A program made the translations under genes and the position numbers. The notes under the pieces were generated by a model, which was given only the letters and a program-made list of their open reading frames with translations, was not told the origin of the DNA and made no database searches. Positions 13,234 to 26,270 of a stretch of 64,000 bases of DNA are shown here, piece by piece. The stretch is from Catajapyx aquilonaris (Eukaryota): the NCBI GenBank assembly GCA_000934665.2, contig KZ538140.1:1-64000 (forward strand), written 5' to 3'. The first letter of the stretch is position 1. Every line of letters begins with the position of its first letter.

Positions 13234-13301
13234 ACCCTAAACGATCTGATTGGTGGAGCTGAGGGTGGGGGGCCTCTGCTCCACCAGTCAGATCGGTGGG
13301 T
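13234..13301 (+). other. Near-perfect hairpin, pre-miRNA-like or MITE core
   Basis: CGATCTGATTGGTGGAGC (13242-13259) pairs with GCTCCACCAGTCAGATCG (13278-13295): 18 bp with one G:U on the + strand. GAGG/CCTC extends the stem, the loop is 8 nt, and ACCC/GGGT forms a basal stem. Confidence 0.6.
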
Positions 13302-15220
13302 ACAGTGCGGTGCAAAAGAAATGCTCTTTTGAAACCCTACGCGCCTACCATGTATGGATTAACCACAGAGGTCGCAAAATTTAGGACATGCCTATTTTCT
13401 TTTGAAAAGTTAGGATGTAGGTACTGTAGCCTACAAACAGACAATCTCTCTGTTTTATTATACAAGACATACCTCATGTTATCACTATTAGCATGTTCAT
13501 TACGACTAATGATTTTTCGCTCCAGACACTACCTTTTTATGGGATTATTCTGGCTCACATCAGAAGTCAGAATTAGGTCTGCCAAAGTGCTTTTCCCAGC
13601 GCTAGTGTCGCTCCAGATAATTTTAGACTGTTATTATTGATCTTGGGGATTATTGTTCCAATTAGCGTGGCGTAAACTGGGAATGCCCGGAGCATTAATA
13701 GCTATGCTAGGCAATTGCGCTGCAGTTGCAGGAATCCCAGAACTGATTTACACGTCACTTGCCGCTCATTCAGATGCACCGCTGGAGATAATTTAGACTA
13801 TTATTGCATGCGGAACCGAGGGAAAAGACGTCAGGGTATGTGGGAAAGTACTTCTGCTTTCTTAATTTCAGTCTGCAGTACACTGACTGCAGAGAAGTTA
13901 TATTTACGATTGGAAAGGGACTGAGCATAATTTTGTTGAGAACAAAGACATGTAGGCAGGCTCAAACATTTGCCTGGAAAACTTTAAAGGAATAAAAATG
14001 CTGACCAGGGTTGAACAGTAGGAGCAAACAGAATTTTATTTGCTACGGATCTGGAAAAGGATTGGAATCATATTGGTTCAAAGCAGATGTGGACAGTTCT
14101 TTAGGCGGACAGGAAAAGAAAATACACGGGGGAAAATATTGGACTTTCATACGTGCATTCATATAATGATGTACTTGCGAGCTTCAAAGCTCAGTTGAAG
14201 TTGGTGAACTGTGATATTAATCGTAATGCTAAAGACAGTTTTTGCATGTATGGCAGCTTTGGTGTTCGCAATTAATGACATGAAAATAATATCGCCAGTA
14301 GACAGAAACATTGTTTCAATGTAGCATGTAAGCAAGAGATTATAAATAATGTAGCAGACAACATAGCAATGGCATTTTATTATTTTATGGCATGGCTATA
14401 AATGTGTTGACTGCATACTCGTACAGTGTTTCACTAACGGCTGTAGACTATAATTAGGCTCTACTGAGACTACAGTACTGTACGTAACTATGTCCCAGAA
14501 ATATGCCGGCTACATTACATGTTTAACACGATTTAACACATAGCTTTAATCATCATAATTATAGCAGGTGTCAGTTTCAATGAAGATGTACAGGGATCCA
14601 TTTCAATCCTCCTGAAATTCTCCCCAATTTTTTTTACATTTTTGTTGGAACCACACGAGTGCGTTTTATTGAATTCTCCCCAACTCCGTCTCATTTGTCC
14701 AACTCGGCTGACTCGACAGATCTTGGTGACAGAATGGAAATTCAGCAACTTTTGAGGCAAGGTGCACAAATCTGCAGCAAAAACGAACCTGTTTAGCTTC
14801 TGGAGACTATGGTTTCGACGCCCTTATAAGAGGGAGGGGGGGGGGGTAGTCGAAAATGGGGGAAGGAGCAGAAGGGGATGGGGAGTGAAGGGAGCGAATT
14901 ATTCATGAATGAGGAATCACAGAAAATTAGGTTTCCGGTCTTCCCTCGATGACGCATCCCTTTGAAATGCCCTTACAACTCGAGGCTGGAATGAGAAATA
15001 TAAGCCCTAGATTGCGACTATCTTTGTACAACCCATATTTTCACGCAAATTTTTTTTTGGGCTAATCCAAAGGGGTCAACCACAATTTTTGTTTCTATTC
15101 ATGTGTGCTGGATTTAAGTTATTCGGCGACGATAAATCTCAACAAATGAATAATTTAAGGGGTTGTAAGTAGGTTGTAATGCCGCTCCAGTTTTATGCGC
15201 GGGGGATTGCGGTACGTGAA

Positions 15221-15325
15221 CGCATTTTACGACACACGCTAGAAATTTCCTGAAAATTTTTGTCACATCGGGGCCTTAATTTAGGGGGCCTTAATTAGTT
15301 GGTAGCGTGTGTGTTGCGTGAATGC
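15221..15325. repeat. Short fold-back element with internal direct repeat
   Basis: ACACACGCTA (15232-15241) and TAGCGTGTGT (15303-15312) form a perfect 10-bp inverted repeat, extended by GCATT/AATGC. GGGGCCTTAATT is duplicated inside. Confidence 0.45.
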
Positions 15326-16166
15326 CGCAGCGTGACGGCTTAGAGAAAATTAACAGGCAGTGCTTACTTTTCACTCTTGAAATTATTTTTTTTTTGGGGG
15401 GAGGGACGCTTTATTGCACCTGTTTTGTGAGTTGGGCTTACGATGTACAGAGTAATTTCGGGGTAATCACTGAGGATATATCTACCTTGTAATACTGAGT
15501 TGATTTCAGTATTTTTGCATGAAGTTTGTTCGTCCCAGACTCTGCCTCGGATGATATTTTCAAGTGAAGTGACAACCTGGGGGTAGTCTAACTATTTTGT
15601 CAACAGATGGCATTGGCTTGACAATTTTGTTGCCCTGTACCTCACAGGTCAAAATCTCGCATTAAAATGTCTACACGACTCACATGCTCAAGCAGAAAAG
15701 AAATTGACCGTCGTGTGATGCACCCCATCCGAAATTGACATCGCACCAAATAGTTGGACCTGATCCGGCTGGAAGTGGACTGAGTCCCTAATGGATCTTG
15801 CTTCCAGGTTAAAATTTCATCTGCCCCACAGGACTGGGACAGTGCTCAGTTGTGTCGCATCCTATTTTCCCAGGCCAGGTCTCCAGTAATCATAGCGATC
15901 GCTGTATCCTCTCTGCCGCCAGCCCTGTTGGCATAGCAACAAAGTCCTGACAGACTTTTTTTTTCCTTCCTTCTCCTCCTCCCACCACCATCCTCCCCAA
16001 CCTCTACACCCTACACGATCCCCTCCCCTCCTCTCTCCTCTTTTCCCTAGCCGGGGAATCTCTCGAATACGACAATCCTCTTTCGTTTGAGGAATCCAAT
16101 AAAATTTTATTGAAGCTTGCCATTGCCTAGGCCATGGACCGGCAGGAGGCTTCAGAAAGGAAGAGA

Positions 16167-16205
16167 AAGAAGAAGAAGAAGAAGAAGAAGAAGAAGAAGA
16201 AGAAG
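16167..16205 (+). repeat. (AAG)13 microsatellite
   Basis: Direct reading. Confidence 0.95.
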
Positions 16206-16548
16206 GGGGGGAAAAAAGAGAAAGAGACGGGGTCAGCCTTTTCTCAGTACTGGAGACTTTTTAACGGACTTCGGTAAGCTTTTCGCTCCTCGTGCCTACT
16301 TACAGCAGACTGCATGGACAAGTGACTCGGAATGGCATGATGCTGGGGACTTAAGAGCTTGAATGCGATATTGACTTCTCACTTCTGGGGGTGGTGCAAG
16401 TGCACTGTTGAGTATTTGCAGGAGAAATGTGAGGGATTGATGGATCTATCGTACAAATCGCATTTAATAGCTGAGTCGTTGGAGTGAATTTTTTATGCGA
16501 TACTCTGCTGTCTTGTTAATTATTCATACGAGGTCTGAAAGGAATGGT

Positions 16549-16635
<87 letters not shown>
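16549..16635 (+). repeat. (TAC)29 microsatellite
   Basis: Direct reading of a perfect array. Confidence 0.97.
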
Positions 16636-17724
16636 AACAGTAAATTTCGGTATATTAATAATAATGGATGACAGAACCGAGCCTAGTAGTGAGACTCATT
16701 CACTGGATTGCACATAATAAGCTGCAGTAAAAATGGATTTAAATATTTAACATTGTGAACTTGTGATATTGTTATCGATATTTTAAGCACACTTGGTTGT
16801 TGATTCTGAGTAATTTTTACGCAGCGAAGCATAAAGGGCTAAATCGATTAATACAGAAACAACATTCATGCACAATATGATTACCCGCATTAATGCATAA
16901 TATGTAGCATACTGTAATATAATAAATAATGCATATTTATAGCCCAACATCGATTGTTTATGAGCGCGTAAAGAGCAGATAATTTGAGAAGCAAAATTTC
17001 ACTTTAAATATTTGATCATCTTATGTTGGTATTACCACTTCATTTTTTTCACGCCTGATTTACACTCGGTTTTAACAGAAAAAGCCACTTTACGTAAATG
17101 AGCTCGTGCACATTAGTCACGACCCATTGACACATTTGCGACTTGTTGCAACTACACAAAAAAAAATCAACCGGAACCAAAGTGCACCGTATCCTTCCGG
17201 CATCATCCTGAATCACCCCCAAAATGTTCCTGCCTCAATTTGGAAACTGCAGGCAAGGGCCCAGTTTTAATGTCGGCTACTATACAACAGGGCTCTCCCA
17301 CTTCCCCCCTTTTTTTCCGCCTACCAAAATGGCAATCCCAGGATATAAGTTACCACTATACAAGTGAAAAGGCTTGCCGACACTGCGACACAAACTGGGG
17401 GTGGGGGAACTCTAAAAATTAGACCTCGTTTTTTGTGCAGAAAAAAAACAAAAAAAAGAGAGGAAAAGCCTAGTCGACGAGACGGAAGAGCACAAGTTTG
17501 GACACGAAAAACAAGTCTCGACGGGTCCCTTCCAAACCCCTCCTCCTCCAAACCATCCTAGCCTCCCTCATCTGCTCCATATTCATGAGACGGCAATGAG
17601 ACGGAAAAGCATTAATTTTAATCAGGCTAAGCCCGGCGTTTATGAGGTGGCAGTAGCCCGAGTCGCAGGAAGATCTCGCGTGCGGGTTACCCAGAACCAT
17701 AAAAATACAACCGGTATTTATATA

Positions 17725-17912
17725 CAGGGGTGGGGGTGGGGGATTTGCGTAATTTATTTAAACACGATCTTGATTATTTGTAGGTTGTATAAAAATTTTT
17801 AAGGACCTGATATGAATTCGTAATATTAGCAACTAATTCTTTTAGTAACGGCTGAAAGTAACTGCTTAATATTGTTGACAATCGGGACATTTCAATATAT
17901 TGGAATACCCTG
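17725..17912. mobile_element. Possible highly decayed Tc1/mariner-type MITE
   Basis: TA|CAGGG left end and GGAATACCCTG right end, same terminus class as 43018-43236. Arms are poorly conserved. Confidence 0.3.
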
Positions 17913-18922
17913 TGTAATGACATAAAACCTCAGTGGATGGGCTACAATATGGTTAAACTATTTGCGGACAAATTTGCGATATGATTGACCAATAATTGTC
18001 GGATGTGACCTCCATGTCTGGCATGCTGAAATTGAACCATAATTACATGTTAATTCATATATCGATGGCGTGATTGTTTTTCTACATTTCTTGACTTTTT
18101 ATCTGTAATTATTGCTAAAATTATTTCTGCAAGTGACTGATACGATGCAACAATCAGCAATTTTCTTCTCAACCCCAACCTCAAACTTTTCTTGCAAAAA
18201 AAACTGTATAATAATAACCTAACTCCTAATTTTCTCCAAACTTTTGCCCTGGTCTGGCAGAAAATGAACCCTCTGTGGCAAAAAAAGAGAGGAGGGTGGG
18301 TGGGGGAGATGGGGAGTGGAGAAAAGAGGTCCAAGTCTCATTAGCGAACATGTTTACGCGGGCAGTCGGATGCTCCACTAGTTCGCTTTATTCTTTCACT
18401 TTTCTCTCTTTCTCTATCTCTCGCTTTATTTTTCCCCTGGCTAGTACGAGAGAGCCCCCGAATCCCCGAAGGAAAATGGCTCCGGGAACTTGGCCTCGCT
18501 TTTCCGCCCCATTTGCCCCCGACGTTTGCTCGGAATGCTTGATGCAGGATTGGGACTTAAGAGAGAGAAGGGGGTGGAAGGAGGGGGAGGGGGGAAAGAA
18601 AATGGGGGGAAAGGGGGGAAATAGAGGTCATGATTGAGGAGGAGTCACTAACCCTCGACACTAATTTCACTCTGGTTTTAATATTGGGCCGGTATTTGCA
18701 TTTTTTTTCGTGATTATTGCTAAACGGATTTCAAAATGGAACTTCAGAACAATAAAAAAATATTTATAAGTCAAACCACAACATTTACCGAAATCAGCTC
18801 AATTGAGATGAAATGAATCATTATGATATCAATCTGATTGTGGTTGCTAATATCTGATTAGCAATAAACAAAGGCTGGTTTTTGTGTACATTTGTAGTAG
18901 GGCTGTTTGGAATGTTTATTAA

Positions 18923-19248
18923 TCTATGTATCTATCTTCTATGTATAAATAAAGCCGTTTGTGAGTCTGTCTCTCTGTCTGTCTGTCCGCCTGCCAGCCG
19001 TCATTTGCCTGCCATCTGTGCTCCACCCCCAGGCCGATAGAGGATGAGGTGTTGGGGGTTGACTACAGATGGCAGGCAAATGTCGGTTGCCGTTATACAG
19101 GCGGGAGAGGTTGAAGGTGTTGGAGTAGCAGGACCACAGATGGCATTGGTGGCCGGACACACAGAAAGACAGACAGTTGACGGGGGTACTGGCAGGTGTT
19201 TTTCCCTTCATTCATTTCTTCCCGGGCAACGCCGGGTGCCGCAGATAG
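18923..19248 (+). mobile_element. Non-autonomous Helitron (~325 bp)
   Basis: 5' A|TCTATGTATCTATCTTCTATGTATAAATAAAG followed by a (CTGT)n microsatellite. 3' hairpin CCCGG-GCAACG-CCGGG (19221-19236) lies ~12 nt before GATAG|T (a decayed CTAG|T). These are the canonical Helitron TC...CTRR termini with A|T insertion. The 5' end could alternatively be at 18931. Confidence 0.8.
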
Positions 19249-22203
19249 TATTAAATAATCGTGAATGGCAATAGCAAACAGCACAAATATTTCAGAAAAT
19301 GCGGTCAAAATCTATCATTACATAGAAAGTTCTCATGGCGTCCAGCATTACGCCACATTGCTCCCAGTAATATCCGACGTCCTCGAAAACGTGGGACGTG
19401 AACAGTATCTCATTGAATATCAGAGTGAATGGTGGAAACAAGTCTGATGCCTCTTTCTATATCAGAAGGCGTGCCGGCATAAAATATTCACCGGGGCAAA
19501 TCCCGATGAAAACCCAGCATCTTAGGAATGGAAGCTGATATTTCCTTTGGAATTCTTTGATCTCTCCTGCGACTCGAATGTACCCGAGGCTCCTTTTTTG
19601 GGGGGGCAGGGGGAGAGGGGGAGAGCACTGCAAGAAAAATGTGTCCTCCCTTCTTCTTCTTGTGGAGTCTTGTTCCTCCAAAAGTTTTTGAAGGAGTCCT
19701 GGGCACCCCCTTCTGCAAATGAAATATTGTACAAAGAGGGAGAAATTATCGTAAATTTTCCAAAGTGCCCGACTCAAGAACAGAACGTTGTTAACAAGGC
19801 CTGGATTTAATTGGACTTTGCATATATATCTGGAGGGCGATGAAGTAAAACTATACTCTGCAAAGCTCCCGAAATTATGCAGTTTTTTTCCGCATTTCGT
19901 ATTCGCGTGACCCCAAACCCTCCCCGGTTGCTGAACAGCCGTCATATTAAGCAATAACAATCCACTCTGTATAGCTGCTTAACCCACATCAAAGCGTAGG
20001 AAGTGCTACTCCAGAGATGGACTGGAAAACTGGTTTTGGCAGAAACTTGGTAGGTTGTGCACAAGTTGGCAGCTTCCAAACTCAGGGATTCGGTTTTAAG
20101 CAGAAGCCTTTTCCGGACCCCTCTCCCGAGAGCGATTCTATTGTGATGGCGGAAACAGCAAGTACAGCGTGTTCATTAATTCGCGGGGCCCGGGACAAGG
20201 ACTTGCTTGTCTGGCTGCCCTCGAGGACCCTCTTGTAACGGTGCAGACTTGCTGTGTTACTTCCATGCAACGGAGCATAGTGGCTTGGGCGTTATTTGTT
20301 CAGACAAGTCTGCTCAACACGATAATGGCGTTTGAATGGGGTGTGTATAGTGCCGACGGTGAATATTTAGGAGAGGCTTCTCACAAGGTGAAATTATACG
20401 CAAATAAATGATTCAATGACGTACCTTCGCCATTAAAATTCGAGGCGGTGATACTGTAATAATACACCATATTTGCGTGGAGATAATATCCCGGGTGTTA
20501 TGTTCCACTTACAAGATGGCAGAAGGTGATAGTAAGGACGGTAACCCCACCCTCGACGAGGCCAATCCATAAGTTTCATTACACACCAGGTAGTAATGAT
20601 AATAATTATTCGCAAGGCCGCTGTCATGATCGCGAGTTGCGTATATGGTTTGACACACGCGTGTTTTAAATGCGAAAGGGTCATGCACCTGCTCGAAATA
20701 GCCGGATCATGCTGTGCACTTCGGTAATAAATCGACAGTTATGCAGGGTTATATTGATGTAGTTATTGAATAGCGTGCGGGTTATTGCACTTTAGGCGTG
20801 GGGGCGTGCGTTTGCTAATTTTTGATTGCTTATGGCCTGTTGTGTGAACTCGAATTAAGAAAAAAATGTATGTAATTATGGATTGTCAGTACATAATCGC
20901 TACACAATCGGTCCAAGTAATTTCTGCTGTGTCTGTGCTGTGTTATTAGGTTTTATACACTTGTACAGTACGCGTCACACATGCTTTTAAGAATGTGTTC
21001 TTCCAACACAAATTGTCACATTATGATTATCTTGTAACTGGCCAATATAATTATGAACTTAACTCTAATCTGAACCCAACTAAGCACGACCCCTGTTTAA
21101 TTACACGGTGGTGGAAAAAAAATTTGAAGCAATTTTTTATTACGTTTGGACATGATCCTACCTTAGCAGAAATTAAGAAACAGGGTTGGTGGGAAAAAAT
21201 GAAGTGGCCTGCAGAGCTAATTACATTAATATGAGCTTAGTCCAGCCCATTTTTCCAACCTCGCAAATCCCCCGCAGCTGCTGCTGCTAAACCATTAAGA
21301 AGTTTACTTCGTGAAAAGGGCGGAGAAGATCACTTTATAACCTTAATCCACCAGGGGGTGTTTTTCCTTACTTCATATATTTTTTTTTGTTCGTAAGCAA
21401 AATTTTCAGGTGTATGACCGAAACAATTTGGAGCGTAATCAATAAAATGTGTGGCATACCCAGGGAGGTCATCTGCATGAGACTGATTGGATCGGGCGCT
21501 ATATTTATTTAGTTTGATACTTGGCAGCGGAGGCTAATGTCCATGGAGAATTGGTGCACTATTGGCGCGGGCGGCCTGAAAATCTGCGGGCAAACATCAT
21601 TACAAATTCAAACCGGTCCCGCTGATTGAATTGAAGTCGATTAATCTGATTAGCGATGTTGGCGGGGGGGGGGGGGGGGNCCTAGCGCAACATCTCATCT
21701 CTCGCCTCTCCATACCTGGTTTTCTACCTTTTTTTGTACAGGTTTTCAGGGGGTATGAAAGCTGCCGATATTTTGTATCGATGTGGAGGACTATAGATAC
21801 AAAAATCAAGCGACCTACTTTTTGGAGAAGGCGACTAAAATGTCACTTTGGCTGGGTGGCTATGTGTTTGGGCATATCGATTTGTGATTTAGAGCTGATC
21901 GGAATTTAATTGTGTTGGGATGATGAGCCTGTTTTTAAAAACCTGATGCTGTAGTCAGTGCCACACGCACTGTTCGATAGTATGCATAATCGATAGAAAA
22001 TTTTTTAAAAACTTAAATTAATATAAATATGCGATTGTGATTATAAGTATTAGCTACTAATATCTTTTTGGTTGCTGTTGCCTAATTTCTGTCTTATCTT
22101 CGTATTTTAAAAATAATGTTTCATACTATTCGTAGAACAGTCTAGAGTAGGAAGGGGTGCAATCCGGGCTGCGTGAAAAGCAGTGGGTGGGTGGGGGATC
22201 TAT

Positions 22204-22205
<2 letters not shown>

Positions 22206-22236
<31 letters not shown>
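22206..22236 (+). repeat. (AG)n microsatellite / GAGA tract
   Basis: Direct reading. Confidence 0.95.
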
Positions 22237-22241
<5 letters not shown>

Positions 22242-22639
22242 CTGTACCCCGTCAGGCGCCAGGCCTGCTTCAGACAGGCAGAGTATGTTTATTAGGTCGC
22301 CTCTGCAGTGCTGTGCGGGTAATAACGCAGTCGCTGGGCGGTAATGGAGGGTGAAATGCCCCTTGCTGGGGCCGCCATCAGCCGCCCAACGAAGAAGAGG
22401 AAAAGGAGGATGGGGAGGAAGGGTAGGGAAGGGAGGAGGAAGAGAGAAGACTGCGGGTGAGTGTCCTCCTCTGTGTGCTGCTGCATGCCTGGGATCATTA
22501 CATTTGCTTACAGCAGTCCGGGGTGTGTTCGGACGACGTTTCGCACCACACCAAATGACGTACGGCTTAGCACTGATGTATGGAGCGTAATGCCAGAGAG
22601 GGACACTATTTCATATGGGAGGGAAGGATGTTGTTGTTG

Positions 22640-22755
<116 letters not shown>

Positions 22756-25700
22756 TTAAAAATGCAGATTATTCCAAAATCGCGGGGTGAGAATTACAAT
22801 GTTGTAACTACGACTTTTCATTGCAGTTACGACCGTGTAATTCTCACCCAGCGAAATTCTGGACAATACATCCTGCGTATAGTTGCTGCATTGTTATTGT
22901 TAAATCCAAGTCGTTGTTTACTTTTGACTGTTTTGGCAAGTTGAATAAATGTTTCCCCTTGGCTTTCTGTCGCTATTCACCATTTTTGACATCCGACATG
23001 AAACTGTATACGTTAGGAACAGCTCAGCGGTTTTCAAACTGTGCTCGTATACATCCAAGGGGCACGTCCGCTCATGTCAGAAAGCACATGTTATCCCAGC
23101 GGTTGTCATCAACTCGTTATACACTAGCCAGAACAAAAGGTTAATGAATGCTGAAAAGTGGCAAAGCAGATCAAATATTTTATTTCGTTCGTATGCTAAC
23201 GAGTGCAATTGACGAATAGTCATAAATCGCTTTTTAACGCGGATTTTTAGTGCTGTCAATTACGTTCGGAATGTACTGGCTGGCATTTATTGACAAAACG
23301 TCCTTCTTCTTCACTGTCGTGCCAGGACATAAATTGAGTGTTTTTCACTGATTATTGTCAAATATTTTAATATATAACTTAAATGTGCCAGCTGGTTACT
23401 CATTCAGTGAATATGAATCTGGCACTTTCTAAACAAATGTCAACATTTAATCCAGACACATCTTGACCCCCAAAAAACGTGACAAATATGACATTTCCCT
23501 CCATCTTTCCTGGTACAAGGTAGAAGCTCGGAAAAAATCAAGCTCGGAATTGGAATAAGAAGCTTGAGGGGGTGGATGCAGCACGTGAGCCTGCAGGGAA
23601 AGAAGGAAAAGGCAGCAGAGAAGGAAAAAGAAGAAAAAAGGCAAAGTGCGTATCATGGCCGGACGAAGAGGATTCCCGTTGGCTCAGAGAGGCTTGCAAA
23701 TGTAGCGTGTAAGATGTAGAACGGTTGGCGCGGCATCTTCCTGATGCTATAAAAGGCGCAAGGGGGCCAGACTCACGCTGGGTAAGGGAATAGAATTTTG
23801 TCATGGATTGCAAGAGCTCGCTTCTGGCGCGCCCCTTGCTTGCATTTGGCGTCGAGGCGGTAATGTTTTCCTTCCTCGAGGGAAAATGCTTCGTATTTTC
23901 CAACCACCCCTGGGCCACTTTCATGTATAAGCTTCATCGGTGATAGGTAAATTTCGCTTCTTATTTTTTTTCTTTCCTGACCTCCTCAGCTTCCAGGATC
24001 CAGACCTATCTCAATCTGTGGCTGGAAGATTCATAACTTTATATCACTCCCAGGTTCAATTTGGGAGGCAACAAATCAAACTGACCCCAAAACCCTGACA
24101 CTTCCGTCGCCTCCAGAATTAAATATATAGATTTTTCCTTCTCAGCTCCTGACACTTGCGGATTCCTCAATCAACTGACCTACAAATCGATCTTCATATT
24201 GTACTGTCACCATTTTTCTAGAGAAATATAGTAAGCTCCACAAAAAATGGAGAGCTGTAGGAGGAATATCCTCGGGAACAATTGGGAGTCAGCTTTGGCA
24301 GAGTTGCATGAAGGGAAGTGAAGCAGGAGGCCAAAGGCGCTAATCCGGCTCAAGGCAGATGGCACGACTGGGAATGGCCCATTTCCGCCTCCTAGCTCTA
24401 TTATTGGCCAGCAGGGGGAAATGAGACCTATATCCCCCCCTCCCCCTCCCTCCCTGATCCTAACCCCTTTGAAAAGGCAAAGGCGGAGGAGGAGGCTGCA
24501 CAAGATCCACTGCCTGGCATCTCTGGTATGGGGGGGCTTGATATTGAGCACGCCTTAGATCCGTCTCCTTCATCCCTTCCCTTGCCTTCCTGCACCATTG
24601 GAGCTTCTTTTTCCCCCGGATGAGCAGTGCGGATCGTGTCTCCCATCCCCATTGTACGGGGATGCCCGGCTACATCAGCCAGTCCTCGCCCCTCGTTTCC
24701 TCTCGACAAGTACGAAGATCGGACGTGCGGAGTTGCCTACTCTTGGTGGTGTTCGGGAAGATCTTGGGGGGTTCTATGCATTGGTGTGAGTTGTGTTTGT
24801 CATCCAAGAAATATTTTAAAGAGTGTTAACATTGCCTCTTTGTAAATTATGCAATGGTCCAAAAAATGTTATTAATGGAGTAGGCTATTATTTTCTGAAA
24901 CAATATATAGACTGTGACTATCCCTGGTGTTTACAGCAGAATCTTTGAAACGTAGCGAATGTAGACACGAATACATCGAAATTTTCAATTACGACTACAA
25001 AGTCTCGTAAGCAAATGCAAAACCGAAAACGCATTAACTGTATGAAACAAATTTCCAGTGGGCAACCACAACAAACGCTGTACAGGTGCGTTACAAATAC
25101 ATACTGCATCATTACAGTGCCGGAACGTGCTGAAGCACTGCAAGTCCCTTGATCAACGTCAAATTTTATTACGCCTTTAATTCCCGAGGAAATGTAATTT
25201 ATTATATTTTGCGCGCAGTGGCATATGCAGTAGCAGGATTACATGGTGCTATGCACAAAGTGTACTCTTTACTATTTGTGCCCATGTGTTAAGTAATTGA
25301 GTCAACACATAAATTACAGATAAGCCACGATGTATTTTCCATGTCAACCAACTCTGCATGACTTCCCCAGTTGGTGCACATGCAGTCCTTTTAGTAAATT
25401 AGAGCCCGGTATGTGAGGCAGGAACCCACTTGCACCACTTCATCTAACTCCAATTTTCCGACAGAACGGAAACAAGTGCGCGTACAAAGCTTAATACTGT
25501 GTAACCCGGTCGTATGTGAGTAAATCCTGTGATTTTACCATCTGGGGGGAAGGCTTGGACCCAATAATTGGCTTACTTGAGTATTTGAAGCATCCAGCTG
25601 AGGCGGGGTTGGGTCTGGGGCTCTCGTAAAGCCCAATACGCAACATAATTTGGCACACAGGAATGTCCCCCTGAGCACTGCAGAAGCGAATAAAACGAGG

Positions 25701-26129
25701 AAAAACCAGGAGAGTAGGCCCGGTGGATACGGAGGGAAAAGCTATCCTCAATTTCTGAACAGTTAAAGTTATCTGTGGGTACGATTTTTTTTCCCACAGA
25801 GAGCGTACAGTATGTAAAAAGTTGGAGGGCAAATCGGGTGGTTTTTTTTGACGAGTTCAATAATATATTGTGTGTGCTCGACATTGGGAAATTCTAGGAA
25901 AAAATGAATAGAGTGAAGGGATGTTGACTCTGTCAGAATGAGGGCAATTCTCCTGAAATCCGGGAAAAATAACTAGCCAATTACTGTTTGTTTCGGACAT
26001 CCGGCACAAGTGAGTCGAAGCTAATGCGAATGGCTTTCGGGGAAATATCAGGTTTATAGAGAGGTTTTTCTTCTTGTTGGAAGTGCGTCATTCCAATCAA
26101 TTTTCCAATAGAAAGATTTTGTGACTCGC

Positions 26130-26270
26130 AATTGCTCAGAATCGCTTATGTAACCTTCAACCAAGAGTGGCATTTGATTCTGATATTGAGCCTCATTATA
26201 TTCCTCGTTGTCATGTCCATAAATTGAAAAATGATTCCTTTGATTTTGTAGAATGACAAGATTGATTTTG
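26130..26270 (-). mobile_element. Possible decayed RTE-clade LINE ORF2 C-terminal fragment
   Basis: Minus-strand translation ...QRNHFSIYGH...LLVEGYI... loosely resembles the RTE C-terminal pattern KRKLxYFGHIMR...LIIEGKIEG. By-eye similarity only. Confidence 0.25.

Noticed and set aside
16117..16362. Poly-Arg protamine-like ORF
   Set aside because: Artefact of the (AAG)n microsatellite.
16773..16780. DRE motif TATCGATA
   Set aside because: Single occurrence with no adjacent gene evidence.
23748..23790. TATAAAAG promoter candidate
   Set aside because: No properly spaced Inr or downstream element. Single TATA words are expected by chance.
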